The translations under genes were made by a program, and so were the position numbers. A DNA stretch of 64,000 nt from Candidatus Terrybacteria bacterium RIFCSPHIGHO2_01_FULL_48_17 (GTDB lineage: Bacteria > Patescibacteriota > Minisyncoccia > Terrybacterales > 2-01-FULL-58-14): NCBI GenBank assembly GCA_001822835.1, contig MHSS01000005.1:1719-65718 (forward strand). The letters are read 5' to 3'. A model generated the notes under the pieces. That model saw only the letters and a list, made by a program, of their open reading frames with translations, was not told where the DNA came from and did not search any database. This document shows, one piece after another, positions 45,438 to 55,861 of the stretch (its first letter is position 1; every line of letters starts with the position of its first letter).

Positions 45438-46019
45438 TTATGTCTTTGCGTTTTGTTTAAGATATGTCCACATGTCCTCCAACAAGAGCCGTCCGTTTAC
45501 AAATACAGGAATTGTGCGCGTCCCCAAATAGCCGATTGCTAAGAAACCTCGGCGCTGCGAATGTTTCTGAATATAACCGCACACCAACTCTGCGCGTTTC
45601 CCTACTAATGAGTTTAGAATATCCTGCGGCGAAGGATAAATCTCAACGAGAAACGTAACGGGGTGCGTATGTACAAAAATGATCTGTTCATTATCCCGTA
45701 CCATCCCTTGGGTAACAAGTAGGAGTAGTTTCGATTCGTCCCACCTGATTGCGTTGACTGGAGCCGAATCGTTCTTAATTTTTAGCATGCCGCGTTCCAC
45801 AATCACACCGTTAGTATCTAAAAAGTCGTGGCTGATAATATTCGTAACTCGAAAACAAGAGCGTCCGCCTATTCCAACAAGGATGGCTGCTCGCTCCAAT
45901 GTTTCCATACAACTTAGCCATGCCTCAGCTGCAAGCTTGAAGGCAACCGGGGTATCAAGAATAATTTTCGCAGGCACCAAAGGCCACGGCCGCCACCATA
46001 TTTGTTTGCGGCGCGTCAT
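45438..46019 (-). CDS. JAB/MPN (JAMM) domain protein
   Basis: The JAMM signature is present: E (ERAAILVG), HTHP and x10-SPQD (FVHTHPVTFLVEIYPSPQD). Confidence 0.5.
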   Translation of the reverse strand: MTRRKQIWWRPWPLVPAKIILDTPVAFKLAAEAWLSCMETLERAAILVGIGGRSCFRVTNIISHDFLDTNGVIVERGMLKIKNDSAPVNAIRWDESKLLLLVTQGMVRDNEQIIFVHTHPVTFLVEIYPSPQDILNSLVGKRAELVCGYIQKHSQRRGFLAIGYLGTRTIPVFVNGRLLLEDMWTYLKQNAKT

Positions 46020-46047
46020 GCCGCACCGCCTTTTGTTGTCTCAAACA

Positions 46048-46764
46048 CTAGAAAAACTCCTCTGCCCTTACGCGATAGCCCCTCGGCTCCAGACGCTGTG
46101 TTACATCTTTGATCATGCCGCTATTGCCACATGCATATATCATCGTATTTTCTGGCAGAAGCTTGAAACGCATAAGAAATTCTTCGATTCGCTCATTCAC
46201 TCGCTTCGTTTCACCTTGCCATGCGGCGTTACGGGAATCCTGCGGGCGGCTTACGGTCGAAACGTACGTAACACTTTTTGTATTAGCAAGCTCCGTATCG
46301 TAACCGAACTCGTCACAATAGCTTGCGCCCTGGAATACATAAAACTTGTGGCCGGTACTGCCACCAAGCATTCGAATCATGCTGACAAATGGCGCAACAC
46401 CAGTAACAGTACAAACCATGACTTGATTGTGCAATGCGGGCTCAAAGAGAAATACGCCCTTGCCGCGATTAAACAGCATCTCAATCGTATCCCCTATCTT
46501 AAGCTCCCAGAGTTTAGGTGTAAGCGCTCCGTGAGGTACTAATTCGATAAAAAATTCGAGAAAACCCTCATGCGGAGCAGAAGCAATGCTATATGGTCTC
46601 TTAATTCCATCCTTCATAAATGTACAGTATTGGCCCGGCGCAAAAGGAAACAAAGTTTCTGGTTTAAGCGTGAGTATCATTAAATCCTGCGTAAGATCCC
46701 TTCGATCAACCACGAGGGCTTTGGGATAATTTTTCTCCACTAGCTTCCTCTCTTCTTTTCTCAA
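46048..46764 (-). CDS. ferredoxin-NADP+ reductase-family FAD/NAD(P)-binding oxidoreductase
   Basis: RPYSIAS FAD motif and VTGVAP NAD(P) motif. Confidence 0.7.
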   Translation of the reverse strand: MRKEERKLVEKNYPKALVVDRRDLTQDLMILTLKPETLFPFAPGQYCTFMKDGIKRPYSIASAPHEGFLEFFIELVPHGALTPKLWELKIGDTIEMLFNRGKGVFLFEPALHNQVMVCTVTGVAPFVSMIRMLGGSTGHKFYVFQGASYCDEFGYDTELANTKSVTYVSTVSRPQDSRNAAWQGETKRVNERIEEFLMRFKLLPENTMIYACGNSGMIKDVTQRLEPRGYRVRAEEFF

Positions 46765-46862
46765 CGAACTGCGCTTTATCTATACCGCACCTTTTTAAAA
46801 AAATCAACGCCGTCTGATCGGACGGCATCTATGCACTCTTCTCTTGACACTTTTCACCCTTT

Positions 46863-47861
46863 TTACCACACATACGCTTCCCTAATCCAGCGAATCAATG
46901 CGTATGCTTCTGCAAACCTGTCTTCGGCCCCAAGCACTGTCAAAACGACAATACGCCTTTCGTTCGGCGCCAATGTCGGCCGAAACGCCAAAGCAATAGT
47001 ACCTCGCGCTTCATCGGTAAAACCTGTTTTCCCCGCAATAATCCCGGGAACCTCTTCCAGTAATTCATTGGTGGTGGTAAGACGCCGCGGAAAAGAACCG
47101 TCACTACGCGCAATCGTAGCTTCTTTGGAAGCTAAAATCTCTTGCAACGTTGTATTTTGAATCGCTTGCTCTAGCAATACCGACACGTCGTGCGCGGTAG
47201 AGAAATGCCCATCCGCATCAAGTCCGTGTGCATTCACAAAATGCGTCTGTGAAAGCCCAAATGCTTGGGTGATTTGAGAAAGTTTTTGTAAAACGGATTT
47301 CTCGCCTCCGAGATATTCAACGAATGCCTCCGCCGCATCATTGCTTGAAGGAACCAAAAGCGCTTTCATAAGCTCGTTGCGCTGCAGCGTTTCCCCAACA
47401 ATTAAATTACCCGCAGATCCTTCTATGCCAACTGCACTCTGCGTTATAAGAATTTCTACGTCAGCGGGAATTTCTTTCATCACTACAAGCGCGGTTGCGA
47501 GTTTTGTTAAGCTTGCAATGGGAAGCTGGTCGTTTTCGTGAAAGGCAAGCAACACATGGTGGCTTGGGAGAATCTGGGCATACACTGCACGCGCCCCTAT
47601 TTCAATATTAGGGACAGAGGAAATGCGCTCCGGTATTTGCCATTCGGGCTTTATTTCCGCTTGCGGCAACGCCCCAAAGGAAACAATGGTCGCCGACGCA
47701 TCAAATAAGACATCGGTTGGGCTTGCCGCGTCTTTAGTATCGGATTCCGCGTTGCTAGTTCCTTCGACCAGCGACGCCTGCGAAGACCCAAAATACCGGC
47801 CGACTATCACAGCCGCCAGCAAAAGCGCAATGAGAAAGAAGAAACGGAGGGAAGGAAACAT
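46863..47861 (-). CDS. D-alanyl-D-alanine carboxypeptidase (PBP5/DacA family serine peptidase)
   Basis: Signal/TM at the N-terminus, then SLTK (SxxK), SSND (SxN) and KTGFT (KTG) motifs. Confidence 0.8.
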   Translation of the reverse strand: MFPSLRFFFLIALLLAAVIVGRYFGSSQASLVEGTSNAESDTKDAASPTDVLFDASATIVSFGALPQAEIKPEWQIPERISSVPNIEIGARAVYAQILPSHHVLLAFHENDQLPIASLTKLATALVVMKEIPADVEILITQSAVGIEGSAGNLIVGETLQRNELMKALLVPSSNDAAEAFVEYLGGEKSVLQKLSQITQAFGLSQTHFVNAHGLDADGHFSTAHDVSVLLEQAIQNTTLQEILASKEATIARSDGSFPRRLTTTNELLEEVPGIIAGKTGFTDEARGTIALAFRPTLAPNERRIVVLTVLGAEDRFAEAYALIRWIREAYVW

Positions 47862-47874
47862 AATAGATATCGCC

Positions 47875-49296
47875 TCATTTCTTTTTGGTATCCCTAAGCT
47901 GCAACCCAAGTTCTTTTAGCTGCTCATCGCTTGCAGGAGCGGGAGTATTCATCATGGGGTCGCGGCCATCGCCGGTTTTAGGAAATGCGATAACCTCACG
48001 GATATTTGGTGCGCCACAGAGCACCGCAACCACCCGATCAATCCCCGAAGCAATGCCACCGTGAGGAGGGGCGCCATATGTAAATGCCTCAAGCATATGG
48101 CCAAATTGCTTTTGAATCTCTTTGCGTTCATGCCCCATTACGCGAAACGTTGCTTCAAGGATAGCTGGGTCATGGGCGCGAATTGAGCCACCCGCAATTT
48201 CTGATCCGTTTAAAACCAAATCGTATTGCTCCGATCGAACTTTAGCCGGATCGTCAAGCATTTCTTGGGGCGTTACAACGCGGGGCTTGCCGAAAGGATT
48301 GTGCATGGCACCCCACCGGCCTTCTTCATCGCGCTCAAACATAGGAAAATCGGTTACCCATAGAAAGGCAAGCTCGTTTGAATCGTTTTTATCTTTACGC
48401 AGATCAGGACGATCCGTACCATACTGCTTTATCGCATCATCGTACACAAGATGCGGAAACGGGGTATGTGCAATAACTCTTTCCGGAAACAGCTCTCGGA
48501 CCAACGCGGTAAAAAGCCCTTCGATAAGCCCCATCACATCCTTTTGTTCAACAAATGCCATTTCTATATCAAGCTGGGTGTGCTCGGGCTGCCGATCGCC
48601 GCGCGTATCCTCATCGCGCAGCGCTCTGGCGAGTTGGAAATACCGCTCAACCCCACCGATTACAAGAAGCTGCTTGTATTGCTGGGGCGATTGGGGCAAA
48701 GCATAAAAATTTCCCGGCTGTTTTCGGGAAGGCACTAAAAAATCTCGAGCCCCCTCGGGTGTGGAGCGAGTTAAAAGCGGGGTTTCAACCTCTAGAAACC
48801 CTTTCGCAAGAAGAAAATTACGGGCAAACTGGATTACTTTGGCGCGGACGTTTAAGCGCGCGCGCAAATCGGTTCGGCGCAAATCCAAATAACGGTATTT
48901 TAAGCGCAACTCCTCATCAACTTTCATTGCCTGCTCATCCGATACCGTAATCTCAAACGGCGGTGTCGCAGCTTCATTAATTACCTCAAGCTTTTCTGCG
49001 ACAAGTTCGATATTTCCTAAAACAAGATCGGGGTTTTGGGTGCCCTTTGGACGCTCTTTAACTATTCCTTCGACATGCACAACCCACTCCGGCCGCAGAT
49101 CTTTGGCCCGTGAAAGCTCGGATGCCTCCGGGCGTAATACCACCTGCAATAATGCTGTCTCGTCGCGAAGGTCAATAAAAATCAGCTTTCCATGATCGCG
49201 GCGCACGTGAACCCACCCATAAACAGAAACGCGCTCGCCTACGCGACCGGAAAGATTACAATTGTAAATTCGCTGCTCTGCTACGGGCCCCATCAT
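47875..49296 (-). CDS. aspS: aspartyl-tRNA synthetase (short form; appears to lack the GAD insertion)
   Basis: Anticodon-binding OB N-terminus, class II motifs (FRDEDTRGDRQPEHTQLDIEMAF; GGIASGIDRVV). 473 aa. Confidence 0.85.
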   Translation of the reverse strand: MMGPVAEQRIYNCNLSGRVGERVSVYGWVHVRRDHGKLIFIDLRDETALLQVVLRPEASELSRAKDLRPEWVVHVEGIVKERPKGTQNPDLVLGNIELVAEKLEVINEAATPPFEITVSDEQAMKVDEELRLKYRYLDLRRTDLRARLNVRAKVIQFARNFLLAKGFLEVETPLLTRSTPEGARDFLVPSRKQPGNFYALPQSPQQYKQLLVIGGVERYFQLARALRDEDTRGDRQPEHTQLDIEMAFVEQKDVMGLIEGLFTALVRELFPERVIAHTPFPHLVYDDAIKQYGTDRPDLRKDKNDSNELAFLWVTDFPMFERDEEGRWGAMHNPFGKPRVVTPQEMLDDPAKVRSEQYDLVLNGSEIAGGSIRAHDPAILEATFRVMGHERKEIQKQFGHMLEAFTYGAPPHGGIASGIDRVVAVLCGAPNIREVIAFPKTGDGRDPMMNTPAPASDEQLKELGLQLRDTKKK

Positions 49297-49667
49297 ATAC
49301 CGAGAATCTCGTTTACCTTGCGGATAATCTCCGTGGGGGTCATATTCGCTTTCACAAAATATTCCTGTGCCCCAAGGGCTGCTGCTTTATCGCGAGATTG
49401 GGTGTCGTCGTAATTTGTCAACATCACAACGGGAATGCCGGCGTATTCTGCGTTCCCCCGAAGCTCTTCTAAAATTTCCAGGCCCGATTTGCCTGGCAAC
49501 AAAATATCGAGCAAAATAAGATCCGGTTTCTTTACTTTTAAAGCACCGTATACTTCTTCCTCGTTTTGTGCAATCGCAACCGAAAATCCTGCCTCTTGCA
49601 GTTTTACCTTATAAATCTCTACGTGTAATAACTCGTCTTCGACAACAAGAATGTGTTTTTGTTCCAT
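49293..49667 (-). CDS. single-domain response regulator receiver (CheY-like)
   Basis: ILVVEDE ... LILLDILLPGKSG ... K in the receiver fold. Start at MEQKH (49667). Confidence 0.8.
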   Translation of the reverse strand: MEQKHILVVEDELLHVEIYKVKLQEAGFSVAIAQNEEEVYGALKVKKPDLILLDILLPGKSGLEILEELRGNAEYAGIPVVMLTNYDDTQSRDKAAALGAQEYFVKANMTPTEIIRKVNEILGI

Positions 49668-49698
49668 AAAATCTGTGGTACCGATGGACAACGTTAAT

Positions 49699-51318
49699 TT
49701 ACGCTGAAGCAATGGGGAGGGCGACAGTGAATGTTGAACCCTTCCCAAGGCCGGGGCTTGACGCTTCAATGGTTCCTCCATGCGCTTCAACGATTTTACG
49801 CGCAAGGTAAAGCCCAAGACCGGTTCCTGCCGCATCCAGTTTTGGCATCTCGATGCCCCGCTCGAATTTACCGAAAAGATGTTTCGAGTCCTCTTGGGTC
49901 ATGCCACGACCGGTATCCTGAACTTCAAGTTTAAGCACATTTCCCTCGCGGCTCATACGAACCCATATTGTGCCCTTATCTGTATATTTTATGGCATTAT
50001 CCATTAAATTCAAGACCACTTGTCGGAAACGAACGGTATCCAATGATGTTTGCGGCAACCCTTGTGGAAGCGTCGCCTCCAGAGAAAGGTTACGCCGCTT
50101 CGCATTTTGCCCCAATTCGTCAACAACGGAACCCACAAGTTCTGAAAGATCAACGGATTTCTTTTCAAATATCATTTTACCCGACTCGATGCGGGAAATA
50201 TCCAAAAGATCACGAATTAACACAATAAGCCGTTCGTTTGAAATATATACCTTTTGCAAAATCCCTTGAAGGCGCTCGGGTATTTGACCATACGTTCCTT
50301 CAATAACCATGGAAAGAAATCCCTTAATAGCGGTAAGGGGGGTGCGCAATTGGTGTGAAGCCAACGAAACGAACTCGGTTTTCGCAGCATCAAGCTCGCG
50401 TAAACGGTTATTGGCACTCTCAAGATCCTTTGCTAACGCCTCAATGAGTTCACGTTGCTTTACTTCTTTTAAAACACTACGGAGCAGTAAAATGCCAAAG
50501 ATTAATATAAGAACGAATACCGAAACCCTTGTGAGTAGGGTGACCGCATCCTTAGAAACAACGAATTCGATGAGGGAAATCGACGCCAGCACAAAAATAA
50601 GTATACCAATGGCAGTCGCCCGTACATTCAAAAGGTTGTATCTTACGATAGCGAGAGCGGTAAAACCTACAAATGGAAAGGTAAATGCGGCGGCAAAAGG
50701 AATAAACGCGGTGTTGCCAAAGGCAGTCGGAAGTACGAAACTAAACGCAATAATAGATCCGAGCGTCAATAACAATCCAAGAAAAAGATATAGATGTTGT
50801 ATTCTTGCTTCTCCCCGAAGCCTTATAATTCGTCGTGCGAGTATCAAAAGAGCACCCAAATCAAAAAATAAGACCGTTGCCCCAAAAAACATGATACCTG
50901 GCCCCACCACCGGCGATCCCACAACACCGGCAGGATCTGATTGGATGCTCTCAAACGTATAAGGACTGAGAGTAATAACCATCGCTACCATAGACCACAA
51001 GAAAATAAATATAAGCACCCTCGGTGACAGAGAAATCGTGGGCCCAGGGAAGGTTTTTACCAATAAAAAAGCAAACGTAGCAAATGGTATCGCTGAAAAT
51101 AATACAAATCTCGCAAGCCAGAGAGTGCTTTCTGGATCATCTGTACTGGATGAGAAAAAATTAACGCTTCCCCATACCACAATGGATGCGGTAAGAGCAA
51201 AAAAGAATCGGTTTGTTGCACTACTTGGATCTCGAAAAAGGATCAGAAATCCCAACACAAGATGTGCCGCAATAATAATCCCCAAAATAGTTATGTCTGT
51301 AGGCGAAAACAGCCACAT
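49699..51318 (-). CDS. sensor histidine kinase with multi-TM N-terminal sensor domain
   Basis: About 7 N-terminal TM helices. H-box LASHQLRTPLTAI and G-boxes DTGRGM and GTGLGLYLARKIVEAHGG. Confidence 0.85.
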   Translation of the reverse strand: MWLFSPTDITILGIIIAAHLVLGFLILFRDPSSATNRFFFALTASIVVWGSVNFFSSSTDDPESTLWLARFVLFSAIPFATFAFLLVKTFPGPTISLSPRVLIFIFLWSMVAMVITLSPYTFESIQSDPAGVVGSPVVGPGIMFFGATVLFFDLGALLILARRIIRLRGEARIQHLYLFLGLLLTLGSIIAFSFVLPTAFGNTAFIPFAAAFTFPFVGFTALAIVRYNLLNVRATAIGILIFVLASISLIEFVVSKDAVTLLTRVSVFVLILIFGILLLRSVLKEVKQRELIEALAKDLESANNRLRELDAAKTEFVSLASHQLRTPLTAIKGFLSMVIEGTYGQIPERLQGILQKVYISNERLIVLIRDLLDISRIESGKMIFEKKSVDLSELVGSVVDELGQNAKRRNLSLEATLPQGLPQTSLDTVRFRQVVLNLMDNAIKYTDKGTIWVRMSREGNVLKLEVQDTGRGMTQEDSKHLFGKFERGIEMPKLDAAGTGLGLYLARKIVEAHGGTIEASSPGLGKGSTFTVALPIASA

Positions 51319-51321
51319 AGT

Positions 51322-52251
51322 TTATACGATGGTACGAAGATATGACCCGACCGAAAAGAATTCAATCGCCCTATTCTTCTTTAACTCTGATTTCTTAGGA
51401 TCGCGCAAGCGTGAAAATATGGCTCCATTTAACAAAACGGGGTGTTTCCAGGCGGCAATGGAGGGAGGAAGAAAAAGGAAAGGACTTTTCACATCGTCAT
51501 ATTCGAATACCGTTTGTGCTATTTCGCCAATGATCTTATCGAGTTGTAATTTTTCAGAACCGCGTAAATGGTGACGGAATTTGGAATGAAATAAAAGATC
51601 TATAGATTTATTTGAAAAATACTTAGACAAGCTAAAAATATCATTATGGGCGAAAATAACTAAAAAGTTCTTGCGCATGTTTTCCTTCAGTTGCCGAAGG
51701 TGCTGAAAATCAAGATGTTCAACAACGAGGAAATCAGTAAAGTTTGAGAGTGTTTTAAGGTTGTCTCGCGAAACGTTTAGTGCGGCTTCAGATTTTTCTA
51801 TATTTACAAAAATAAGTGGTGCGGTGTACTTCTGCAGTATTAAGGTCTCCATAACCTGCCGCTCAACTTCCATTCCCCCACCCCCCAGATCAAATATAAA
51901 AGACGGCGCGTGCTCCTTAATATATTGCACTATCTTTTTACGCAGAGGCCTTATAAGTCCGGGGAAGTCCTTCCTCTCTATCTCGATTAATCGTTCTTGT
52001 AATTCCCGATCCCACCGCGGAAATGGAAAATCCGCAAGTTCTAACAAGCGATCCCCATTAATGCGCGGAGCCCGCGTTATAAGCCACCACAGGTATTTTG
52101 GAATGTTTTGTGCCGCCTCAAAAAAGCGGATATTTTCATCAACCGCATATAATATGTCAGACGAAGATTCTTTCTGACGGAGGAAAGCGAGATCAGAAAG
52201 TATTTCGCTAATAAGTTGACTCTTGGCGGATGGGCTTCCTGAAAAAAACAT
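51322..52251 (-). CDS. hypothetical protein (weak resemblance to Rossmann-fold methyltransferase)
   Basis: IFDLGGGGME is glycine-rich and loop-like. Otherwise nothing is recognisable. Tightly linked between the ThiF-like gene and the HK. Confidence 0.3.
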   Translation of the reverse strand: MFFSGSPSAKSQLISEILSDLAFLRQKESSSDILYAVDENIRFFEAAQNIPKYLWWLITRAPRINGDRLLELADFPFPRWDRELQERLIEIERKDFPGLIRPLRKKIVQYIKEHAPSFIFDLGGGGMEVERQVMETLILQKYTAPLIFVNIEKSEAALNVSRDNLKTLSNFTDFLVVEHLDFQHLRQLKENMRKNFLVIFAHNDIFSLSKYFSNKSIDLLFHSKFRHHLRGSEKLQLDKIIGEIAQTVFEYDDVKSPFLFLPPSIAAWKHPVLLNGAIFSRLRDPKKSELKKNRAIEFFSVGSYLRTIV

Positions 52252-52300
52252 AAATAAGTTGCTTGAAAATCCTTAGCACGAAAAATTTTGTAAATAAAAA

Positions 52301-53380
52301 CTAGTTTGACAGATCTTCAAGATGAATAAAATATCGACCCGAGGGCATTTTTGCTCTACTGGCTATCTGGCGCACCACGTAACAAATGGCAGCACCCCGT
52401 AGGAACGAAGATTCGGCAATTTGAGGGATGCCGGCAAGTGTTTTACCGACTTTTAGAAACGATGAACGCAAACGCGAATGCAGATACCGCGCTCCCATGA
52501 AATCCCGTGCAAGCAACATGCGTTCGGTGAACGTTCCAGTGCCCTGCTGAAGCCTTACGACCTTCCCAGCCACCTGCGGGCGTAAAAAGCCGTTTAATAA
52601 CGCAAGCCGAGGATTTTGGTCAAAGCGCTCAACATCTACAATAACATTCGGGCCATTCCCAGTAACCATTACAACGGGTATCCGAAATTTCCGCGCCTTT
52701 TCGCGAATTGATATCTTAAGCTTCATATCATCCATCTCTTCAACCAACACATCTACTTTGGGCCTTAAAAGAAACGCCTCTTCTTTTCCGGGCTCAACAC
52801 CGTTCTCAAAAACTTTCAGTTTTGCAAACGGGTTTATCTCGTAAATCTGCCGAGCTGTAAGAACCGCCTTATTTATTCCCAAATCGGGAAGCCCCGCACG
52901 AAATCTATTAAGGTTAGATAGCGCCAACACATCATTGTCTGCAAGTTTTAAAAGTCCAGCAGCACCCTCAAGCGCAAGGCATATAGCACCCGGATTTCCC
53001 ACGTTAAGCCCCGCAAAAGCAATTCGAAGATTCTTAAGTTGCCTTTGTTCTCTTGGTAAAATCAGATTGAAATTCCGCGATAACCGCACCTGCTCATGCT
53101 TATTCAGCTCAAGTACGTGCACAAGCGCTGCCCGCCACGGAAAATATATCCACAAACCAAAGCTTGAGGCGCGCTGTTCTTTTGCGGGTCTGGAAAAAAG
53201 TAACGCGTGGCTGATACGGCGGGGATTGTGAACAAACCCAAGTTCTTTTTTTTGCTCTCCTACTTCGTCTACAATAAATTGGATTTTTTTTGTTCGTATA
53301 AGCTTTTGGGCATCTATACGATCCCTCCTTTTTTTAAAATTAAAAATGGTTGGCCGAAAAGAGTTCTCGTTCATATACAT
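52301..53380 (-). CDS. ThiF/MoeB/E1-like adenylyltransferase-family protein with ~100-aa N-terminal extension
   Basis: LRIAFAGLNVGNPGAICLALEGAAGLLKLADNDVLALSNLNRF is the E1 Rossmann/SNLNR motif. Downstream NPFAKLKV...VDVLVEEMDD...RIPVVMVTG matches the E1 fold. Confidence 0.65.
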   Translation of the reverse strand: MYMNENSFRPTIFNFKKRRDRIDAQKLIRTKKIQFIVDEVGEQKKELGFVHNPRRISHALLFSRPAKEQRASSFGLWIYFPWRAALVHVLELNKHEQVRLSRNFNLILPREQRQLKNLRIAFAGLNVGNPGAICLALEGAAGLLKLADNDVLALSNLNRFRAGLPDLGINKAVLTARQIYEINPFAKLKVFENGVEPGKEEAFLLRPKVDVLVEEMDDMKLKISIREKARKFRIPVVMVTGNGPNVIVDVERFDQNPRLALLNGFLRPQVAGKVVRLQQGTGTFTERMLLARDFMGARYLHSRLRSSFLKVGKTLAGIPQIAESSFLRGAAICYVVRQIASRAKMPSGRYFIHLEDLSN

Positions 53381-54393
53381 TTCTGCTCAACAGAATAACG
53401 AGGCGTTGGCCGAGAGGGATTAGCCATATAACCCATGCAAAAAAGAAATTGCGGACTAAAATCAGTTCCTATAAGTTCACGGATGTTGTTTGTAAACCCC
53501 CCAATTTCGATTGCCGCAACAAAAATAGAAGTTACCATTCCTTTCGCGGTACATTCGAGCATAAAACGCTCGGCAAGACGACCCGTTATTAACCAAGAAT
53601 GAGGGGTATTTTCCTTCGTTCCAATCACACAAGCTACAGGAGCCGATCTAATGCTTCTCGCATTAAGCTCCCCAAGCCGATTTCCGATATCTTTAAAACG
53701 AACAAGAAACGGGAACAAAAACGACGCCATCAATGGCAACCGTAATGCGTAACCCGGGATTCCGTCGCGTCCAGAAAACAGATTTGGACGCACCCAGTGA
53801 GACATTTCGTTACGAAAATCTTTGTTTTTATATGCTGTCTTGAGGGCATCTTTCGTAAAATCGGCAAGGCGGCCTTTCTGCGCTTCATCGGAAACAAAAA
53901 GGGGGCAAGTGTACTCGTCATAACGAATCCCAGAAAGCATTTCTAAAAAACCGGTTGGTATTTTTTGGTCCAGAAAAATACCACGCGAATTTCTCCGTTT
54001 TGTTATTGCTAAAAGAAGGTCCCCCGCCGAAGAATCTTTCTCTTGCGAATCTGGGTGCAGAAAAACCTCCGCTACCCGATCTCCTCCCTCCCCACGATAC
54101 GCTACGTCTTTAAATAGCCCAAAGTAGCGCGCGGCGATAATAAAATTTTCGAGGCAACACCCTATACTAATATACATGTCTCGCCTCAATGGATCGGCCT
54201 GCGGAAGGACGGCGGAACGATCAATAAAAAATTCGCAAGAGTTTCCGTTGATTTTAAAACGCCAGGGCTGAGAATTATGCGTGGAAGGAGCCAAGATCGC
54301 GTAACGCAATAAAAATGAAATCTTTTCGCGCAATGTTTTCTGCCGATAAAACTCTTGTTCTTTGATACGCCATGCGCGCTGAAGGTCGCCCAT
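53371..54393 (-). CDS. nitroreductase-family FMN oxidoreductase, SagB-type (extended)
   Basis: LAPSTHNSQPWRF nitroreductase signature near the N-terminus. The 340-aa length and long central insert are typical of SagB-like dehydrogenases. It overlaps the ThiF-like gene by 10 nt. Confidence 0.6.
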   Translation of the reverse strand: MGDLQRAWRIKEQEFYRQKTLREKISFLLRYAILAPSTHNSQPWRFKINGNSCEFFIDRSAVLPQADPLRRDMYISIGCCLENFIIAARYFGLFKDVAYRGEGGDRVAEVFLHPDSQEKDSSAGDLLLAITKRRNSRGIFLDQKIPTGFLEMLSGIRYDEYTCPLFVSDEAQKGRLADFTKDALKTAYKNKDFRNEMSHWVRPNLFSGRDGIPGYALRLPLMASFLFPFLVRFKDIGNRLGELNARSIRSAPVACVIGTKENTPHSWLITGRLAERFMLECTAKGMVTSIFVAAIEIGGFTNNIRELIGTDFSPQFLFCMGYMANPSRPTPRYSVEQKCI

Positions 54394-54400
54394 AATATTA

Positions 54401-55861
54401 TTAATCTTTCTTCACCCACCGCTGTTTCGTCCCGGGGCGGAAATACAAAGGATCGCCATGCGTAACTAATTGAATGCGAGGAACAACCCTCTCCCCTAAT
54501 GAATGATATAGTTTTCTATATTCAATATTATGTTTGTTAAGCATTTCCAGAAGCGACCTTACAAGAAGTTTTTCGAGCGATCGTGTTTGCCGAATGTGCG
54601 GTTTTAGCTCCACGCGCACAAGCAGGTGCTGTTCGTAGCTTCGCTTATGTTCGGTGGACATTACAAACTTTCCCGTAATATACGAAGAAAAAATCCGCTG
54701 TTCAAGCGCGCTTTTGATATGCTCGGGATATACAAGAACGGCATAAATCGACGCGGTAAGATCGGATCTGCCAAAAAGATAAACGAATGGAAGTTTCCAC
54801 AAAAACTGTTTTACGGGAAACATGGAACGGTTAGCGAAGTGGTGCGCCATTTCTTCAAACGCAATAACTCCCCCACGATCACCGATCCGATAACGGATTA
54901 AAGGGATTCCCGCTTCTGCCGTAAAAAGAAGCTGATCGTCTTGTACTTCAAAGAACTTCAAGTCCGGATGGTATTGGAACAGTGAAGGAAGCCGTTCATC
55001 GTGAAACAGCGCCTGCGCAAGCTGTTTTTTGTCTGCGGCTTTCCTTCGTATATATATGGAAAGAGGAGTTTCGTGGGCAAGGATCGCGGCGTCAGCGGTA
55101 CCATAAAGAGAAATAATGTCGCGAAACGGATCTTTGATACCGCTTCGCCTCATAAGATAATCCCGGAAACGCTCGCTAAACGCCTCTCCAGCAAGCAGCA
55201 ATTTCATGTGAACATCGTGCCACCTAATTCCAGCTTCCCTGCCGTAATCTAGCACGTCCTTTATATAAGGCGGGTAACCGGCAAGAATAACTGTTTTGAA
55301 ATTTGAAATTAAGGGTTTTACTACATCAAGGAGAGTTTCCAAGTCAATCCCTGGCGTTACGGTCATTAACCGGTATCCCTTATTGCTCATAGCTTTCATG
55401 CTTGCCAAGGTATAGGTACCCGCGATCCATGTACCCATGGAGAACGCCACGACGCCCAATGCCGAATGTGTCGGTTTAATGCCAAAAAACTTATTGAAAA
55501 TAAGCTCGTGGAGGAACATCCCTTCATTCTCATGTGTATCTCCGCGTGGCCATAAAAATGGCGTGCCCGTTGATCCGGAACTTGCAGAAAAAGTATGAAG
55601 CGCAACTTGCGATGCAGGAAAAACAAGCTCCTTAAGGGAGTAGGCGCGTAAGTATGTTTTTTTATCGATGGGAGGAACGTTTTTAAAATCCTCTATCGTT
55701 TTAATTTTTAAAGGATCCACCCCGTGTTGTTTCAGAAAATGTTTATAAGCAGGAACATCTCTTGATGCCCTATGAAAAAGACGCAGGGCTTTTTGCGCTC
55801 CTGTTTTTTCCCATGCGGTTCCAGAACGTTTGCGATAAAAATGATCCGATAGCTGTTTCAT
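54401..55861 (-). CDS. PaaK/F390-synthetase/CapK-like adenylate-forming enzyme
   Basis: SASSGSTGTPF (SSGTTG-type P-loop) at about residue 100 and ~490 aa length match the phenylacetate-CoA ligase/CapK family. Confidence 0.65.
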   Translation of the reverse strand: MKQLSDHFYRKRSGTAWEKTGAQKALRLFHRASRDVPAYKHFLKQHGVDPLKIKTIEDFKNVPPIDKKTYLRAYSLKELVFPASQVALHTFSASSGSTGTPFLWPRGDTHENEGMFLHELIFNKFFGIKPTHSALGVVAFSMGTWIAGTYTLASMKAMSNKGYRLMTVTPGIDLETLLDVVKPLISNFKTVILAGYPPYIKDVLDYGREAGIRWHDVHMKLLLAGEAFSERFRDYLMRRSGIKDPFRDIISLYGTADAAILAHETPLSIYIRRKAADKKQLAQALFHDERLPSLFQYHPDLKFFEVQDDQLLFTAEAGIPLIRYRIGDRGGVIAFEEMAHHFANRSMFPVKQFLWKLPFVYLFGRSDLTASIYAVLVYPEHIKSALEQRIFSSYITGKFVMSTEHKRSYEQHLLVRVELKPHIRQTRSLEKLLVRSLLEMLNKHNIEYRKLYHSLGERVVPRIQLVTHGDPLYFRPGTKQRWVKKD

